Shown: piece after piece, positions 38,910-47,670 of the stretch
How positions within the stretch are numbered: the stretch's first letter is position 1
Layout of the letters: each line of letters starts with the position of its first letter
Origin: Deltaproteobacteria bacterium
GTDB taxonomy: Bacteria > Desulfobacterota > Deferrimicrobia > Deferrimicrobiales > Deferrimicrobiaceae
Assembly (NCBI GenBank): GCA_050263095.1
Contig: JBLNEW010000027.1
Location: forward strand, 25,485-89,484
Direction: 5' to 3'
DNA: 64,000 bases
Notes under the pieces: generated by a model
The model's database searches: none
Told to the model about the DNA's origin: nothing
The model's input: the letters and a program-made list of their open reading frames with translations, nothing else
Translations under genes and position numbers: made by a program

Positions 38910-39293
38910 TCAGCCGGGATTTTTCTTCGCGTAATCGTCCAGCGCGGACTTGACGGCCTGCTCCGCCATGACGGAGCAGTGGATCTTCACCGGGGGGAGC
39001 CCGTCCAGTGCATCGGCGACGTGCTGGTTCGTGATGGCGCGCGCCTCGTCGAGCGTCTTGCCCTTGATCATCTCGGTCAGCATGGAGCTGGAGGCGATCG
39101 CCGCGCCGCACCCGAAGGTGCGGAACTTGGCCTCCACGATTTTCCCTTCTGCCACCTTGAGATAGAGCCTCATCATGTCTCCGCAGGCGGGGTTGCCGAC
39201 TTCGCCGATCCCGTCCGCGTTCTCGATCTCCCCGACGTTCCTGGGATTCATGAAGTGGTCCATCACCTTCGCGCTGTATGGTCCGCCCGCCAT
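38910..39293 (-). CDS. Fe-S cluster scaffold protein NifU/IscU (N-terminal domain type)
   Basis: [40 protein letters not shown] (three conserved Cys). GGGAGG ribosome-binding site before the ATG at 39293. The listed ORF start at 39731 is an Arg-rich upstream extension. Confidence 0.85.
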   Translation of the reverse strand: MAGGPYSAKVMDHFMNPRNVGEIENADGIGEVGNPACGDMMRLYLKVAEGKIVEAKFRTFGCGAAIASSSMLTEMIKGKTLDEARAITNQHVADALDGLPPVKIHCSVMAEQAVKSALDDYAKKNPG

Positions 39294-39295
39294 GG

Positions 39296-40510
39296 CTATC
39301 GGCCTCCCTGGGCTTTCTGCTTCTGGTAATCCAGATACGTCGGCGACATCTCCCAGAGCCGCTTCGCGATACCCGGAAGAACGCTCAATACCTCTTCGAC
39401 CTCCGCCTCGGTATTTCCCTTGCCCATGCTGAACGTGATCGAGCCAGTGCATATGTCGGACGGGACCCCGATCGCCCGCAGCACGGGCGAGGCCACGAGG
39501 TCCTCCTCGTCGTGCCCCCGCAGGTTCGAGCTGCATGCCGATCCCGACGCCGCCATGACCCCGTGGACGTTCAAGAACAGCAGCAGCGACTCGCCTTCCG
39601 CGTACTCCACCCAGAAGCTCACGTGCCCCGGGAGCCTGTCTGTCGGGTGCCCCGTGAAATGGAGATGCTCGACGCCGGCCGCCACGCCGTCCCAAAGCCG
39701 CCTGCCGAGCCGGCGCAGCCGGGTATCCCATTCCCCCATCTCGCCCTTGGCGATCCTGGCCGCAACGCCCATGCCGACGATGCCGGGGACGTTTTCGGTG
39801 CCCGCGCGATACCCCCTCTCCTGGAACCCTCCGTCGATCTGGGAAACCAGCTGCACCCCCTCGCGTATGAAGAGCGCGCCGGTCCCTTTCGGGCCGTAGA
39901 AGTTGTGCGCGGACAGCGTGACAAGGTCCGCGCCGACCTCCCGGACGTCGAGCGGGATATGCCCGGCGGAGGCGGCGGCGTCCGTATGGAAGAGGACCCC
40001 GCGCTCCCGGGCGATCCGGCCTATTTCGGCCACCGGCTCGATCGTGCCGATCTCCGAATTGGCGTGCATCACCGAGACCAGCACGGTGTCGTCGCGTATG
40101 GCCTTTCGGACGTCGCCGGGATCCACCTTGCCGTCGGAGTCCACCTTGACGCTGGTCACCTCGTACCCGCGGTTGCGCAGGGGAAGCAGTGCGTTATGCA
40201 CGGAAAAGTGCTCCACGTCCGAGACGACCACGTGCCTGCCTTTCCTCCCGCCCGCTTCCGCGGCGCCCTTTACCGCCAGGTTGTTGGACTCCGTCGCCCC
40301 GGAGGTAAAGACTATTTCCCCCGGTGCGGCATGGATCAGCGACGCCACTTCCGCTCTTGCCGCGTCCACCGCCCTTAGCGCCGCCTGCCCCTGGTCGTGT
40401 ATGTGCGACGAAGGGTTGCCGTAAAACTCCAGGAAATACGGCTTCATCGCCTCGAAAACGCGCTGGTCAAGCGGTGTGGCGGAGATGTGGTCGAAGAAGA
40501 TTCGCGCCAT
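39296..40510 (-). CDS. Cysteine desulfurase (NifS/IscS family)
   Basis: PLP-enzyme blocks [19 protein letters not shown] (active Lys), and the catalytic loop ASGSACSS. Confidence 0.9.
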   Translation of the reverse strand: MARIFFDHISATPLDQRVFEAMKPYFLEFYGNPSSHIHDQGQAALRAVDAARAEVASLIHAAPGEIVFTSGATESNNLAVKGAAEAGGRKGRHVVVSDVEHFSVHNALLPLRNRGYEVTSVKVDSDGKVDPGDVRKAIRDDTVLVSVMHANSEIGTIEPVAEIGRIARERGVLFHTDAAASAGHIPLDVREVGADLVTLSAHNFYGPKGTGALFIREGVQLVSQIDGGFQERGYRAGTENVPGIVGMGVAARIAKGEMGEWDTRLRRLGRRLWDGVAAGVEHLHFTGHPTDRLPGHVSFWVEYAEGESLLLFLNVHGVMAASGSACSSNLRGHDEEDLVASPVLRAIGVPSDICTGSITFSMGKGNTEAEVEEVLSVLPGIAKRLWEMSPTYLDYQKQKAQGGR

Positions 40511-40526
40511 GGACGGTCTCCGGACG

Positions 40527-40724
40527 CTATTCCTTCACCTTGAATTCGGCCATCTTGTCGCGGATCAGCTTGATGTGATGCTTCTCCTCTTCGGCAAGGA
40601 ACGCGAACATCGCCTTCAAGGAGGGGATATCGGATTCCTGCGCCCCTTTCTGGTATTCGCCGTAGTTCTGCAGCTCGAGCCTCAGCGCCATGCGCAGCAC
40701 TTCCTCCATGCTCCATTTCGCCAT
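40527..40724 (-). CDS. Small ferritin-like/rubrerythrin-fragment protein (65 aa), paralogue of 38201..38398
   Basis: MAKWSMEEV...AMFAFLAEEEKHHIKLIRDKMAEF. GGGAGG ribosome-binding site before the ATG at 40724. The listed ORF start at 40844 is an upstream extension. Confidence 0.5.
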   Translation of the reverse strand: MAKWSMEEVLRMALRLELQNYGEYQKGAQESDIPSLKAMFAFLAEEEKHHIKLIRDKMAEFKVKE

Positions 40725-40852
40725 CGGTGTCCTCCCTTTAGGTGATCCGGCTGAAGCGGGCGCGTCTTTGCCGTTGCGACTGGTTCTTCGATTGCGTTTG
40801 CCGTTTACGTTAATAGGATACTTGAGGATCGAGTTGTTGTACAATTGTTCGG

Positions 40853-41395
40853 ATGAAGAAACTCCCCCTGGACCTTGCCGGGATCCTCGCGCTGGCGTTC
40901 ATCGCATCCTTTTTCCTGCACGGCGGCTGTACGCCCTCATCGCGTGAATCCGCCGAAAGCCCGGTTTCCGCAGGTGCGAACGCCGGCAGGATGGCCCCGC
41001 CGTTTTCGCTCCCGGACATAAGCGGAAACAGCGTCAGCTCCTCCAGGTTCATGGGGAAGCCGACCGTCATCAACTTCTTCGCCACCTGGTGTCCTCCCTG
41101 CCGGGAGGAGATCCCCGGGTTCGTGGAAGTGTTCAACAAGTACCGCGGAAGCGGATTCGAGCTTGTCGGGATATCGCTCGACCTGGAAACCAGGTCGCAT
41201 CTTCCCGCGTTCCTGGTACAGAACGGGATCGAGTACCGCATACTCATGGGCGACGTGGCCACCGCCCGGGCATACGGCGGCGTAAGCTCGATTCCCACCA
41301 CGTTCTTCGTAGGCAAGGACGGGCTGATCAGGAACGTCCACGTCGGCTACATCGACAAGGACACCTTCGAGCGCGAGGTCCGGAAACTCCTTTAA
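40853..41395 (+). CDS. TlpA/ResA-like thiol-disulfide oxidoreductase (thioredoxin fold), membrane-anchored or lipoprotein
   Basis: INFFATWCPPCREEIP active site. N-terminal hydrophobic anchor. Confidence 0.8.
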   Translation: MKKLPLDLAGILALAFIASFFLHGGCTPSSRESAESPVSAGANAGRMAPPFSLPDISGNSVSSSRFMGKPTVINFFATWCPPCREEIPGFVEVFNKYRGSGFELVGISLDLETRSHLPAFLVQNGIEYRILMGDVATARAYGGVSSIPTTFFVGKDGLIRNVHVGYIDKDTFEREVRKLL

Positions 41396-41404
41396 AAAAG
41401 CGAT

Positions 41405-41434
41405 GGGAGGCGAAAAGGTGTGCTTTCGCCTCCC
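41405..41434. terminator. Bidirectional hairpin terminator between convergent genes
   Basis: GGGAGGCGAAA-AGGTGTGC-TTTCGCCTCCC (11-bp stem), with an A-run on the left (a U-run for the minus-strand ferredoxin transcript). Confidence 0.55.
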
Positions 41435-41463
41435 GTCGGTGTTCCGTTCGCGGAATGAGCCGC

Positions 41464-41634
41464 TACGCCGGAACGCACGCAGCGGTGGGACATACGCCCG
41501 CGCACGCGGCGCAATCGGTGCACTTGCTCGCATCGATGATGTAGATGGGGTCCCCCTCCGCGATGCACTGGGCGGGGCACTCCGGTACGCACGCGCCGCA
41601 GGCGATGCATTCCTCCGTGATCTTGTACGCCATT
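41464..41634 (-). CDS. 2x[4Fe-4S] ferredoxin (56 aa; below the ORF-track size cutoff)
   Basis: Minus-strand translation gives MAYKITEECIACGACVPECPAQCIAEGDPIYIIDASKCTDCAACAGVCPTAACVPA, with two CxxCxxCxxxCP clusters. Confidence 0.75.
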
Positions 41635-41659
41635 TCGCCTCCCTAGAATGTCTTTTGGT

Positions 41660-41878
41660 TCACACCGATTCCACCCGCTGAACCGAGGGAATCTCTTCCT
41701 TGAGCGCCGCCTCGATGCCGCCTTTAAGCGTCATCGTCGCCATGGGGCACCCACCGCATGCGCCTGTCAGGCGCACCTTCACCACTCCCCCCTCGACGTC
41801 CACGAGTTCCACGTCTCCCCCGTCCGCCTGGAGGGCCGGGCGAATCTTGTCCAATACCTTTTCGACTTCCAATTTCAT
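41660..41878 (-). CDS. NifU C-terminal (Nfu-type) Fe-S cluster carrier domain protein
   Basis: [64 protein letters not shown] (CxxC Nfu motif). Confidence 0.75.
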   Translation of the reverse strand: MKLEVEKVLDKIRPALQADGGDVELVDVEGGVVKVRLTGACGGCPMATMTLKGGIEAALKEEIPSVQRVESV

Positions 41879-41950
41879 GTAAATGCCTCCCTTCCGCACC
41901 TTACTTGATTATACGATGTCATTCGACGCTCCGACGTTCCTTGACGAAAA

Positions 41951-42589
41951 TCAATCCGCTGACAGTATTTCGTATCCGCCCTTCTTCAGTGCGGCCTTCA
42001 ACAGCTTGTAATTCTTCGTTTCGATGCGAAGGATCAGGATCTTCTTTCCCTGCTCGTCGTGCGACGCCGTCGCCACCGAGACGACGTTGGCGTCGAAATC
42101 CTTCATGAGCTTCAAAACCTCGTAAAGCATCCCCGGCTTGTTAGCCAGGGCCAGCTCCATGCGGTAGCCCGGCCCGCTGACGCCCATCGATTCTATGAAC
42201 GCGTCCAGGATGTCGGTCTCCGTCAGGATTCCCACCAGCCTGCCTTCCTCGACCACCGGCAGGCAGCCAATCCTCTTCTCGCGCATTATGAGGGCTGCCT
42301 CCTCGATGGGGGCGGTAGACGATATCGTGTACGGCCGGCGGGTCATTATCTGCTTTACCTTGACCTTGTCCAGCAGGTAGTAGATCTCCCGGATCTCGAG
42401 GGCGGTCGCAGGGGACGGCGAGGCCTGCTTGATGTCGCGCTCGGTGACGATCCCGACCAGCTTTTCCCCGTCCTTGAGCACCGGGAGGTGCCGGATCTCC
42501 CGGTCCTTGAGCAGGTCCATGGCCTTCTTCATCGAGTCGTTTTCATCGACGAACACCGGGTTCCGCATCATGCGCTTCGCGACGATCAT
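41951..42589 (-). CDS. CBS-pair plus ACT domain protein (AcuB-like)
   Basis: Two CBS motifs (IMTRRPYTISSTAPIEEAALIMREKRIGCLPVV...GILTETDIL) and a C-terminal ACT-like region (MELALANKPGMLYEVLKL...). Confidence 0.65.
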   Translation of the reverse strand: MIVAKRMMRNPVFVDENDSMKKAMDLLKDREIRHLPVLKDGEKLVGIVTERDIKQASPSPATALEIREIYYLLDKVKVKQIMTRRPYTISSTAPIEEAALIMREKRIGCLPVVEEGRLVGILTETDILDAFIESMGVSGPGYRMELALANKPGMLYEVLKLMKDFDANVVSVATASHDEQGKKILILRIETKNYKLLKAALKKGGYEILSAD

Positions 42590-42627
42590 GGTGTCCTCCT
42601 GTGGTGTCCCGCCGTAATGAGCACCGG

Positions 42628-43137
42628 TCAGGTGAAATATTGTCTGACGAGGTCGAACGTTCGCGTCAGGTCGGCCCCGGATACAAGGAAGTACATCACT
42701 CCTTCCTTCTCCCAGAACACGAAAGAGTACCCCTCCCTCTCCCAGGAGAGGAAGGATGACTCGGAAAACAACGGCGACGGCTCCGCTTCGCGTATCGGAC
42801 CCGGCCGCACGATCACCAGCAGGTAGCGGTCTTCCGCGAAGGTCAGGCGCACCGCCGCGGCGTCCTTTTTCCCTATCCGCTCGCGGGTCGCGCTCCCGTA
42901 GGAAAAAAGGTGCTCGTCCCTCGGAAGCTCCACGCTCACCCCCAGCCAGCCCTTGATCCGCTCCTCGATCTCCCCGGCATCCGCGGAGTCGCCCGGGGCT
43001 TCCGCCTTCAGGGACGCGGCGAAGATGTGCTGCGCTTCCGCAGCCATCCCCTCCACCCTCCGGGTCCCCGGATCGCGCGTGACGTGATAGCCGACGACGG
43101 CGACGGTGAGGGTCAGGAAGATCAGTACGACCGCCAT
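42628..43137 (-). CDS. Hypothetical single-transmembrane protein
   Basis: Likely start MAVVLIFLTLTVAVVGYHV (one transmembrane helix). The listed ORF start at 43281 is an Arg/Gly-rich upstream extension. Confidence 0.35.
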   Translation of the reverse strand: MAVVLIFLTLTVAVVGYHVTRDPGTRRVEGMAAEAQHIFAASLKAEAPGDSADAGEIEERIKGWLGVSVELPRDEHLFSYGSATRERIGKKDAAAVRLTFAEDRYLLVIVRPGPIREAEPSPLFSESSFLSWEREGYSFVFWEKEGVMYFLVSGADLTRTFDLVRQYFT

Positions 43138-43189
43138 GCGGGGCCGGAAGTTAACCAGCCCGAAAAGCGAAGACCGCTGGGCCCCCGGA

Positions 43190-45091
43190 TCACCACTCAA
43201 CGATTTCCACCCCGAGGTCGCGCATAAGCGCCCTCGTCGCGGAGTGCACCCTCCCGCCGAAGAATAAAACTTCCCGCACATTCCTTCCCGCCAACCATTC
43301 CTTCGACGTTATGAACGACCCCGTGGCCTTGACGGCGTACCCGTCCTTTTCCCCGCCGGAGAGCAGGAAGTCACTGCGCGCCTCCGTGGAGACGCCCGCC
43401 TCCTTCAGAATCCTCTGGAAGATCCCTTTCCCGGTCTCGTCCTTATGTATCCCGAAAACCGTGTACCCCGAGTCCTTGACGAGCGTTTTCAGGGCGGGCG
43501 ACAGCTTTCCGGTGTCCGCCACGTACCGCCGTCCTCCGGTCTCGAAAATCCGCTCCGGCTGGACGATCAACTGGAAGGCGTCCGATCTCCCGCCTATCTT
43601 CAGGCGCTCGTCCTCCTTCTTCGGAATGCCCGCGTAGTCCAGCGCGAAATCGAGTGCGGCAAGGCCCCCCGGCGGCACCGCAACGCGCGGCGGCTCGCCG
43701 GCCCCGGCTTCGTCGTCGATCCCGACCAGGAATCCCTCCAGCGCCGAAGGGTCGGCGGAGAACGGCAGCACGCGGATGCCCACCCTGTCGGCATATATGA
43801 GCACGGAGGCAAGATCGCCGGAGGGCTTCTCGGGGACCTCCTTGATCAGGATCACCTCGCCGGTCAGAAGGCTCTTGGGCGTCCTCAGCACCACCCAGCC
43901 CGCCGGCAGCGTAACCGATACCCCCTCGCCGATGACCAGGGGGCGGGAAAGCCCCTCCTTGACCGAATGATACCCGGCGGCCTGCAGCAGCCTGTTTATG
44001 ATCTCCCCCGCGTCCCGGGTCCCCTCCATTGAAACCACCCTGTAGTTCTTCCAGGTTTCCGTTATGAGGGCCCGAACGTTCCGGGGGAGCGATCCCCGGA
44101 AATCCATCAATGCGTGCGTGCCGTTCGAGAACCGTGCGACGGGGAAATCCTCCAGGTTCAGGATCACCTCCCCTCCGGACGGAACGGGAAGGTAAAGCGT
44201 CCCGCGGTCGACCAGCTTCTCCCCAAGGCCAGCGAGAATATCGGTTAGCAGACCCCGGTAGGGAGGCCTGGGGGCAGGGGCCGCGATATCTTCCTTCTTC
44301 GCGGGCTCGGTTTTCGCAAGGTCCTTCGATGTTTCCATCGCCGGCGCGGCCGCCTGGGGCGTCGAGGGTTGGCGAATCTGCGCCTCCGGCTTTGCCGGTT
44401 CCGCTGCCGCAGCGCCCGGCTCCGGCGGAACGTCCCGGGACAGCACGACGGCCGGCTCTTCTCCGGATGCAGGCGTGGGCTGCGCGTCCTTCGGCGCTTC
44501 GGCCGACGCAGTCGCTGGAGGCGCTTCATCCCCCCCGCCGAAGTACTCGTCCGTCGGCAACAGGATTGTCGATCCCGCAAGTATCCTGTTCACGTCGCGG
44601 ACGGATTCGTTTATCTCCTTGACCGCCTCAAGGTAGCGGGGAAGATCCCTGCGCTGGACCCCTTTTTTCCTGAGCAGTTTCGTCAGGTTGTCGCCCTTTG
44701 CAACGCGGTGCGGGACCGCCTTCCCCGCAAGGGCAGGAATATCCGGCGCCGGAGTCGGAGCCGGAAGCAGGATTTTCTGGCCGGGCTTTAGCTTTCCCGG
44801 ATCGGCGATCGCGGGGTTTGCCCGCTTGAACTCCCTGAGCAGGGAGGCGTAATCCGCGGGACGGACGGGATTTTTGCGGTTGAGGATTCTCCAGAGGCTC
44901 TCCCCTTGCGAGACGGTGTGGACCTCGTAGAAGCTTTTCTTCCCCTCGGAGGTGTCCGCGAAGATCTTCTTTTCAAGGAAGATTTTCGGACGATCCTCAT
45001 CCTGCGCCATCGCGGCGGAGCACAGAAGCAGAACCGCGGCTCCGGCCGCCAATATCGCCGCCCTCAATATCCCTCCCCCGTGAAAGTGCAT
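43190..45091 (-). CDS. Secreted LysM-domain protein with a Pro/Ala-rich linker
   Basis: Signal peptide. Two LysM motifs (YEVHTVSQGESLWRIL; HRVAKGDNLTKLL). An APxxP-rich low-complexity middle region. Confidence 0.65.
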   Translation of the reverse strand: MHFHGGGILRAAILAAGAAVLLLCSAAMAQDEDRPKIFLEKKIFADTSEGKKSFYEVHTVSQGESLWRILNRKNPVRPADYASLLREFKRANPAIADPGKLKPGQKILLPAPTPAPDIPALAGKAVPHRVAKGDNLTKLLRKKGVQRRDLPRYLEAVKEINESVRDVNRILAGSTILLPTDEYFGGGDEAPPATASAEAPKDAQPTPASGEEPAVVLSRDVPPEPGAAAAEPAKPEAQIRQPSTPQAAAPAMETSKDLAKTEPAKKEDIAAPAPRPPYRGLLTDILAGLGEKLVDRGTLYLPVPSGGEVILNLEDFPVARFSNGTHALMDFRGSLPRNVRALITETWKNYRVVSMEGTRDAGEIINRLLQAAGYHSVKEGLSRPLVIGEGVSVTLPAGWVVLRTPKSLLTGEVILIKEVPEKPSGDLASVLIYADRVGIRVLPFSADPSALEGFLVGIDDEAGAGEPPRVAVPPGGLAALDFALDYAGIPKKEDERLKIGGRSDAFQLIVQPERIFETGGRRYVADTGKLSPALKTLVKDSGYTVFGIHKDETGKGIFQRILKEAGVSTEARSDFLLSGGEKDGYAVKATGSFITSKEWLAGRNVREVLFFGGRVHSATRALMRDLGVEIVEW

Positions 45092-45849
45092 ACTCCCCCG
45101 TTCACTCCGACGGTCTTGTACATCTTCGGGCTTTCCCACGGCTCGTCCAGAATGCCGTCGTGAATCGCCCAGCTCCTGCCTCGGACCGTCTTCCAGAACT
45201 CCGGCTTGCGGAACGGCGTGCTCCCGTCCAGCCGGGCGTGGAGCGCGCCCCCCGGGCGGAATTCCCGGTCGATATATTCCATATTGTCCTTTCCCTTGAC
45301 ATATTGGAAGCCGCCGCGTTCGTAGAGGATGGCGCTGTTGTAGCTCAAGGGCTCAAGAAAGTAGAACCTGTGCCCGACGCGGTCGAAGAAGACGTCCCAG
45401 CACGCGATGAGGTCCCGCATGGCCCGCAGGCCCCGCCGCACCTGGGCCGGAGCCAGGCCCGCCTCCATCGCGCGGATCTCTTCCGGGAGGTTCCTTCGCG
45501 CGGTCCCGAAGTATGTGTCCTGCCCGTTTTCGTCGACGTCGATGTTGTACCGCTCCCCGTCGGGGTCGTTTATTATGATGAACGAGATCTCCATCTGGCC
45601 GAACGGCGAGTTCGATACGTCGAGAAAGTAGGCGGCGTCCCTGTCGCCGGGATCGCGCCGCAGGTCGATCTGGAAAAAAGGCATGTTCTCGGGGCAGGCG
45701 AACTTCACGCACCGCTCCCCCGCGGGATTCAGGTACGTTTCCGCGTCTATGGAGAACAGCTCGAGGAAGCGCGCCGGGATAAGTGCGGACAGCAGCCGCT
45801 CGCGCTCCTTTTCCTCCATCTTGTTGATTTCGTAGACCGATGTGGGCAA
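45064..45849 (-). CDS. Hypothetical cytoplasmic protein
   Basis: 261-aa ORF with realistic composition and no recognisable motif. Tightly packed against its neighbours. Confidence 0.4.
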   Translation of the reverse strand: MPTSVYEINKMEEKERERLLSALIPARFLELFSIDAETYLNPAGERCVKFACPENMPFFQIDLRRDPGDRDAAYFLDVSNSPFGQMEISFIIINDPDGERYNIDVDENGQDTYFGTARRNLPEEIRAMEAGLAPAQVRRGLRAMRDLIACWDVFFDRVGHRFYFLEPLSYNSAILYERGGFQYVKGKDNMEYIDREFRPGGALHARLDGSTPFRKPEFWKTVRGRSWAIHDGILDEPWESPKMYKTVGVNGGVCTFTGEGY

Positions 45850-45858
45850 GGGGCTATG

Positions 45859-47652
45859 CTAGTCCTTCTCGTAAAGGGCGTCGAGCAGAATGCCGTACTT
45901 CTGGATGACCACCTTGCGCTTGACCTTCAGCGTGGGGGTAAGCTCGCCGGTCTCCTGCGAGAAGTCCGTGCCGAGCAGGACGAACTTCTTGATCTGTTCG
46001 AACGGGGCCAGCGAACGGTTCAGTTCCTCCACCCGGGCGCGCATCATCGCCTCGGTCCGCGGGTCCTTGGCCAGGGCGGCGGGATCCCTCCCGTCCACGC
46101 CGTTCTCGGCCGCCCACTTGACGATTTCGTCCGCCGATAGCGTCATCAGGGCTGTGAGGTATTTCTTCCTGTCGCCGTAGACGAACGCCTGGCTGACCAT
46201 CTTGTCGGTCTTCAGAAGGTTCTCGATGTTCTGCGGCGCGACGTTCTTCCCCCCGGAGGTCACTATGATGTCCTTTTTCCGGTCGGTGATCCTGAGGAAC
46301 CCTTCCGCGTCCATCGTGCCGATGTCCCCGGAGTGGAACCACCCTTCCGGGTCGATCGCCTCGCGCGTTCCCGCCGGGTCGCGGAAATATTCCTTGAAGA
46401 CGTGCGGGCCGCGGATGAGGATTTCCCCGTCTGAAGCGATCTTCACCTCGACGCCGGGCAGGGGCTTCCCGATGGTCCCGAACTTGAAGTCGTCGACGCG
46501 GTTGACCGACGTCACGGAAGGGGTTTCCGTCAGGCCGTACCCTTCGAGGATCAGGATGCCCATGGCGTGGAAGAACTCCGCGATCTCGCGGGAGAGCGGC
46601 GCGCCGCCTGAGACGAAGAACCGGAGCCGCCCCCCCAGCCGTTCCCGGATCTTGGCGAACACGAGCCGGTCGGCGATGGAGAACTTCACCCCCAGCAATC
46701 CCCCGACAGGCTCCCGGCGCTGCCTGCGCGCGGAAACCTCGCGCCCCACCCCAAGCGCCCAGCCGAAGATGGCTTTCTTAAGCCCCGTGTCCTGGCTCAC
46801 CTTGGCCAGCACGGCGGCGTAGAACTTCTCGTACAGGCGCGGGACGCTGACCATGATATGCGGGCGGACCGCCGGCAGGTCCTCGGCCACCGTCTGGATT
46901 CCCCGAGCGAACGCCGTCACGGTCATGGCGTCGAACGAGAGGAAATGCTCGAACCGCCCCAGGACGTGGGCAAGCGGGAGGAACTGGAGCATCACGGATC
47001 CTCTCGGAACGGGGACCACCTCGAGTGCGGACGTAACGTCGAAGGCGACGTTGCTGTGGCGGATCACGGCGCCCTTCGGCGGGCCCGTGGTGCCGGAAGT
47101 GTAGATGATCGTCAGGTCGTCCTCCGGGCGGATTTCCTCCGCCCGCGACTCCAGTGCGCCGGGGTGCGCGGCCGCGTATTCGGCGCCCTTCGCGCGGAAC
47201 TCCGCAAGGCCGACGGCCCCATCCATTCCCTCGGGACTTCCCGTGAGAAGTACGACGGCGGACAGCTCCGGCAGCCTCTTCCTCGCTCCGGCCACCTTGT
47301 TCCACTGGTACTCGTCCTCGACGAACGCCGCGCGGGCGCCGGAGTGGGCAAGTATGTACTCCACCTGGTCGGGCAGGTTCGAAGGGTAGATCGGGACGGT
47401 GACGAATCCGCACAGGATCCCGGCGATGTCGGCGAGCGTCCACTCGACCCTGGTCGAGCAGAGGATCGCGACTTTCTCCCCCTTGGCCAGCCCCAGGCTC
47501 AAAAGCCCGCAGGCCATTTCCCGCGCCGCCGCCCCGACCTCCCGGTACGTCATGGGCTCCATCTTCCCGTCGCGCGGAACGAGGTAGCGGACAGCGTCGC
47601 CGCCTTCTTTTATCCGGTTCAGGAACATCCTTGCAATCGTTGCTTCCTTCAT
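45859..47652 (-). CDS. fadD: Long-chain fatty-acid--CoA ligase (AMP-dependent synthetase)
   Basis: AMP-binding motif IIYTSGTTGPPKGAV, GYGLTE and the adenylation core. 597 aa. Confidence 0.8.
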   Translation of the reverse strand: MKEATIARMFLNRIKEGGDAVRYLVPRDGKMEPMTYREVGAAAREMACGLLSLGLAKGEKVAILCSTRVEWTLADIAGILCGFVTVPIYPSNLPDQVEYILAHSGARAAFVEDEYQWNKVAGARKRLPELSAVVLLTGSPEGMDGAVGLAEFRAKGAEYAAAHPGALESRAEEIRPEDDLTIIYTSGTTGPPKGAVIRHSNVAFDVTSALEVVPVPRGSVMLQFLPLAHVLGRFEHFLSFDAMTVTAFARGIQTVAEDLPAVRPHIMVSVPRLYEKFYAAVLAKVSQDTGLKKAIFGWALGVGREVSARRQRREPVGGLLGVKFSIADRLVFAKIRERLGGRLRFFVSGGAPLSREIAEFFHAMGILILEGYGLTETPSVTSVNRVDDFKFGTIGKPLPGVEVKIASDGEILIRGPHVFKEYFRDPAGTREAIDPEGWFHSGDIGTMDAEGFLRITDRKKDIIVTSGGKNVAPQNIENLLKTDKMVSQAFVYGDRKKYLTALMTLSADEIVKWAAENGVDGRDPAALAKDPRTEAMMRARVEELNRSLAPFEQIKKFVLLGTDFSQETGELTPTLKVKRKVVIQKYGILLDALYEKD

Positions 47653-47670
47653 CCGATCGGGCTCCGTCGC

